From assembly GCF_020745735.1 (NCBI RefSeq), contig NC_083433.1, forward strand, positions 17,061,363 through 17,125,362: 64,000 nt of DNA, read 5' to 3'. Both the position numbers and the translations under genes were made by a program. This document shows positions 60,399 through 64,000 of the stretch, piece after piece. Origin of the DNA: Hemiscyllium ocellatum (lineage: Eukaryota). The notes below the pieces were generated by a model. It was not told the origin of the DNA, made no database searches, and saw only the letters and a list, made by a program, of their open reading frames with translations. Position 1 is the first letter of the stretch. Every line of letters begins with the position of its first letter.

Positions 60399-62039
60399 TC
60401 TTGACCTTTGGTGAAAAGAGTGGACCAGCAGGCTTTCATTTTTGGGGAGAGATCAGATCACTGCATGACAAATCCTGTAAGCAGTGCCTACCTCAAGTCT
60501 TAATCATGAAGATGGTTTTTGGGGACTGATCTGGCACACGTGTGAGAGCAACAGAGACCTAACAAGGACAGAAAATCCAGTTCCTCTCAAGTTTGAGACC
60601 TGGCTGTAAAATCTGCCAGGGTCTACTCATCACTTATTTAGTTGTTGAAACCTTGTGTTGTCTTTTTCTGTGTTTCACATCAACATATAAACATTTATGT
60701 TAAGTGAAGAGTAAATATTGCATCGTACTAGATTACTTGCACTTATTACTAGAATGCCACTGTCTCCCCAAACCTTCTCCCACTGTGACTCTAGAGATTT
60801 GAATATTGTTGCAATCCCTCAGCCGGAAATGTGAGGAGATGGTCTCTGTGAGTGCAGGATCTTGTCAGATAGGGAGCACGGTTGTTCCAACTCAGTTGGA
60901 GCTTCTTGCTGCCAAACAGCTCACACCCTCCGCTTGGAGTCTCAGATCACATTTGGGACGCCCTAGTCTAACAAGTACCACCACTTATGTCACCTTTAGC
61001 TTCCAGTAACATCACAGTTTTATTCATAGAACAGGAACATTCTGAGATGTTTTGACTCTTTCTCTTTCAGTCCACCACAAGCCATGCCAAAGAGCAGAGC
61101 CATCTTGTTGGTTTATCCAGTCAGGCAGACCAGGAATGCTAGATTTCCAGCCTAGTCTTTGCTGACCTTTGGGGTGGCTACCATTCACTGTGGTGCCCTG
61201 GTGCTAAAGTTCCAGCTCCTTTGCACTATCCAGAAAAACACATTGGGTAACACCGACATGTGGACATCAAGAATGGATGAAATTGGGCAGAGTTACTACC
61301 CCTCTGCATGATATTCACATTCATTGTTCAGGCTCATTCCTGAGGAATGGTAATATGAGTGAGATGGGATGAACATCTTGCCTGATACCTACCACATCCT
61401 CCCCCTCCCTATTAAATTTTCAGTGTCTTTAAAACAGCAAGTATGAAGTTCAGAAAGCAACTCCCCATTTTCTCACATATTATGAAGATTGTATCTTCTT
61501 CTCATCAATGCCTCATGTAAGATTAAACCTATGGTTAACTTCACCCCTGTTATCCTCTTTAATATAACATAGTATATGCCACTGCTGGCATTGGTTGTCC
61601 ATCCCTAACTGCCCTTGAATTGAGGGCAGTTAAGAGTCAACCACATTAAGGCCACCTTAATGTTCTGGGGTCATGGGTTCAATTCCCAACATGGCAGCTG
61701 GTGGAATTTAAATGCAATGGATGAACAAATCTAGAATATAAAGCTAACCTTAGTATCAGTGACCATAAAACTATAATCAGTTACCATGAAAAGACCATCT
61801 AATGCACTAATATTAGTTGGGGAAAGAGACCTGTCCTGGAAACAGCTTATCAAGCCACTCTGTTCAAGGACAATTGGGGATGAACAGTAAATGTTGGCCT
61901 GGCCAGTGAGTGTGACATCCCATGAAACAATAAATTAAAAGACTGCCCCTAGCACCTGCCATCACCAGTAAGGTACACTGTATTGTTGCACAACTCAATG
62001 AATTCTTGTGATAGAACGTTATCTCTGGCCTCACTGAGT

Positions 62040-62410
62040 CACAGTATTCTGGGTTCAGGTCCCACCCCCGGACCTGGATGCAAAGATCAAGGCTGACCTT
62101 CCAATGCGGTACTGAGAGGATGCTCCACTCATAGAAGTAACTTGCTACAAATGTGATGTACATCTGCCCGATTGGATGAATGTAAAATCACCTGTAACTC
62201 CATGTTGAAGAGAAGTTATTCTTGGTTAATTGGTCAATATTTATCACACAATCAATGTCTCAAAAAGAGCAAACAATCTGATTATTATCACCCTGCTGTT
62301 TGTGGGAGCTGGCTGTGTGTAGATTGGCTGATGTGTTTCCTGCAATACAACAGTGACTGGAAGAACCTTTGGTGGTTGTCAAATGTGCCTTATAAATGCC
62401 AGTCTGTTTT
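62040..62410 (+). mobile_element. DeuSINE-like element (truncated at the unit junctions ~1438 and 28618; relatives at ~14895-15070, ~25745-26220, ~59210-60030)
   Basis: Deu-domain-like TGCTGTTTGTGGGAGCTGGCTGTGTGTAGATTGGCTG...ACAACAGTGACT. Confidence 0.6.
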
Positions 62411-62719
62411 ACTACTGGTGAAGCTGGATTTTCTTTAAAATAGATTGAGGTAACATGTTATGGAACTTATTACACACCCACCACTAAATTTGAATTTAAC
62501 ATGGAAATATAACTTCTGACAAATCCGTGATCAGCTTGCATTGTGGATGTATTTCATTTTCCCTGTTGCCTCTCTGGAGTTTCAAGCCCCAGTTTGTAAT
62601 GGGAGATGCAGGGCCGAGCATGTGTAACAGTGTCTTCTGTAGAGAAGTCAGGATCTAATTATAACATTTAAAAGACATGTGGATGGGTACATAAATAGGA
62701 AAGGTTTAGAGGGTTATGG

Positions 62720-62870
62720 CTGAAAATGTGTTGCTGATGAATTCCTGATGAAGGGCTTATGCCCGAAACGTCGAATTTCCTGTTCCTTGGATGCTGCCTG
62801 ACCTGCTGCGCTTTAACCAGCAACACATTTTCAGCTCTGATCTCCAGCATCTGCAGACCTCACTTTTTAC
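62720..62870 (+). mobile_element. Penelope-derived short insertion within a CR1 tail
   Basis: Pseudo-LTR sequence with a short inverted 5' piece; 14-bp TSD TTAGAGGGTTATGG. Confidence 0.85.
62740..62777 (+). ncRNA. Minimal type-I hammerhead ribozyme motif
   Basis: AATTC-CTGATGA-A-GGGC-TTAT-GCCC-GAAAC-GTC-GAATT: 5-bp stem I, 4-bp stem II and palindromic ACGT stem III. Confidence 0.65.
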
Positions 62871-63022
62871 TTAGAGGGTTATGGACCAAATACTGGCAAA
62901 TGGAACTAGATTACTTTAGGATATCAGAGGAAAATTGGACAGAAGGTCTGTTTCCGTGCTGTTTATTTCCATAACTCTGACTACAGTCATACTGCCTTCA
63001 GTGACTGCAGAAATACAAGAGT

Positions 63023-63315
63023 TTAGATTAGATTACTTACAGTGTGGAAACAGGCCCTTCGGGCCAACAAGTCCACACCAACCGGCCGAAGCGCAACCCA
63101 CCCATACCCCTACATTTACCCCTTACCTAGCACTACAGGCAATTTAGCATGGCCAATTCACCTGACCCGCACATCTTTGGACTGTGGGAGGAAACCGGAG
63201 CACCCGGAGGAAACACGGGGAGAACGTGCAAACTCCACACAGTCAGTCGCCTGAGGCGGGAATTGAACCCGGGTCTCTAGTACTGTGAGGCAACAGTGCT
63301 AACCACTGTGCCACC
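63023..63315 (-). mobile_element. HE1/V-SINE, young
   Basis: Closely matches the reverse complement of 56457-56780. Confidence 0.9.
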
Positions 63316-63930
63316 CATATCATCACAAAAATGAAACCCCACAAAAAAACCCTTCCAATTTATACAACTGCCACTTTGAATATTACTATTGCAGCCCTGT
63401 TTTCATCCAGAGCATCAGAAAAAGCGTGTTCAGGAGGGTCTCTTCCCCCTGCCCCCGAACCTCTAACTGAGCTCACCCCCAGATGCTAAAAGACCGTAAA
63501 TGTAGAATAAAAAGTAAGCCATTCAGCCCATCATGTCTGCTCTTCCTTTCAGTGAGGTTAGTGCATCCAGCAATACTTTTTAAAACCGCTGTTTGCTTTG
63601 CAATTCCTGTTGCACTAAATTGACTTTTTACGTTTTTATGCATATGCGTGACTTGATTATAGTGAGGATCTTGTAGTGCAAGAGATCATGAATACAAGCT
63701 AGGTAAAATATATTTAAAAAGTTACTAAAAAGAATGTTAGTCTTAGCTCAAAGAAGCTGGGACGGAGGGACTGAAGTCACTCTACAATTGTATAGCGTTA
63801 GAGTCCATCTGGAATTGTGAGTGCTTTCAGAGGGGAAGTTCACTGCAGATTCACCAGAGTGCTGCCAGGGTGAACAAGTTAAATTATAATACAACACCAG
63901 GTTATAGTCCAACAGGTTTAATTAGAAGCA

Positions 63931-63965
63931 CACAAGCTTTCGGAGCGACGCTCCTTCATCAGGTG
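63931..63965 (-). ncRNA. Minimal hammerhead motif of the second Penelope-like family (element ~63890 to window end)
   Basis: The - strand reads CAC-CTGATGA-A-GGAGC-GTC-GCTCC-GAAAG-CTT-GTG; an inverted partner starts at 63988. Confidence 0.55.
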
Positions 63966-64000
63966 ACAACCACCATCAGTTGACAACCACCTGATGAAGA

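Larger units (their letters stand above)
28619..62096. repeat. Segmental tandem duplication unit 2 (~33.5 kb): sulfurtransferase copy B plus intact RPS19BP1
   Basis: Colinear with unit 1, plus unit-specific insertions. Homology to the other unit ends stops after ...AAGGCTGA at 62096. Confidence 0.9.

Noticed and set aside
1439-62096. The two units as uncollapsed haplotypes (assembly artefact)
   Set aside because: Long tracts are far too diverged for alleles (about 14% in AROS exon 4), each unit has private insertions with TSDs, and a defined junction recurs twice. Long reads would still be the decisive test.

Overview
Eukaryotic, repeat-rich genomic DNA. The HE1-type V-SINEs, CR1 LINEs and Penelope-like elements point to a cartilaginous fish, most likely a shark; the species cannot be determined from sequence alone. 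The window is a tandem segmental array: the tail of an upstream unit (1-~1438), unit 1 (~1439-28618, ~27.2 kb) and unit 2 (~28619-62096, ~33.5 kb). Each full unit carries an intact two-exon, 293-aa MPST-type tandem-rhodanese sulfurtransferase gene on the + strand. Both copies have a non-canonical active-site loop (CSIGIT instead of CGSGVT), and copy A has also lost both mercaptopyruvate-binding arginines. Unit 2 holds a complete four-exon RPS19BP1/AROS gene (151 aa); unit 1 keeps only exons 3-4, having lost exons 1 and 2 through two separate deletions. Both units also appear to carry an unidentified multi-exon pseudogene or lncRNA on the - strand, head-to-head with the sulfurtransferase. Identity between the units is a patchwork consistent with gene conversion. 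Many short Penelope-derived insertions carry minimal hammerhead-ribozyme motifs. All alignments and counts were done by eye, and repeat boundaries are approximate.
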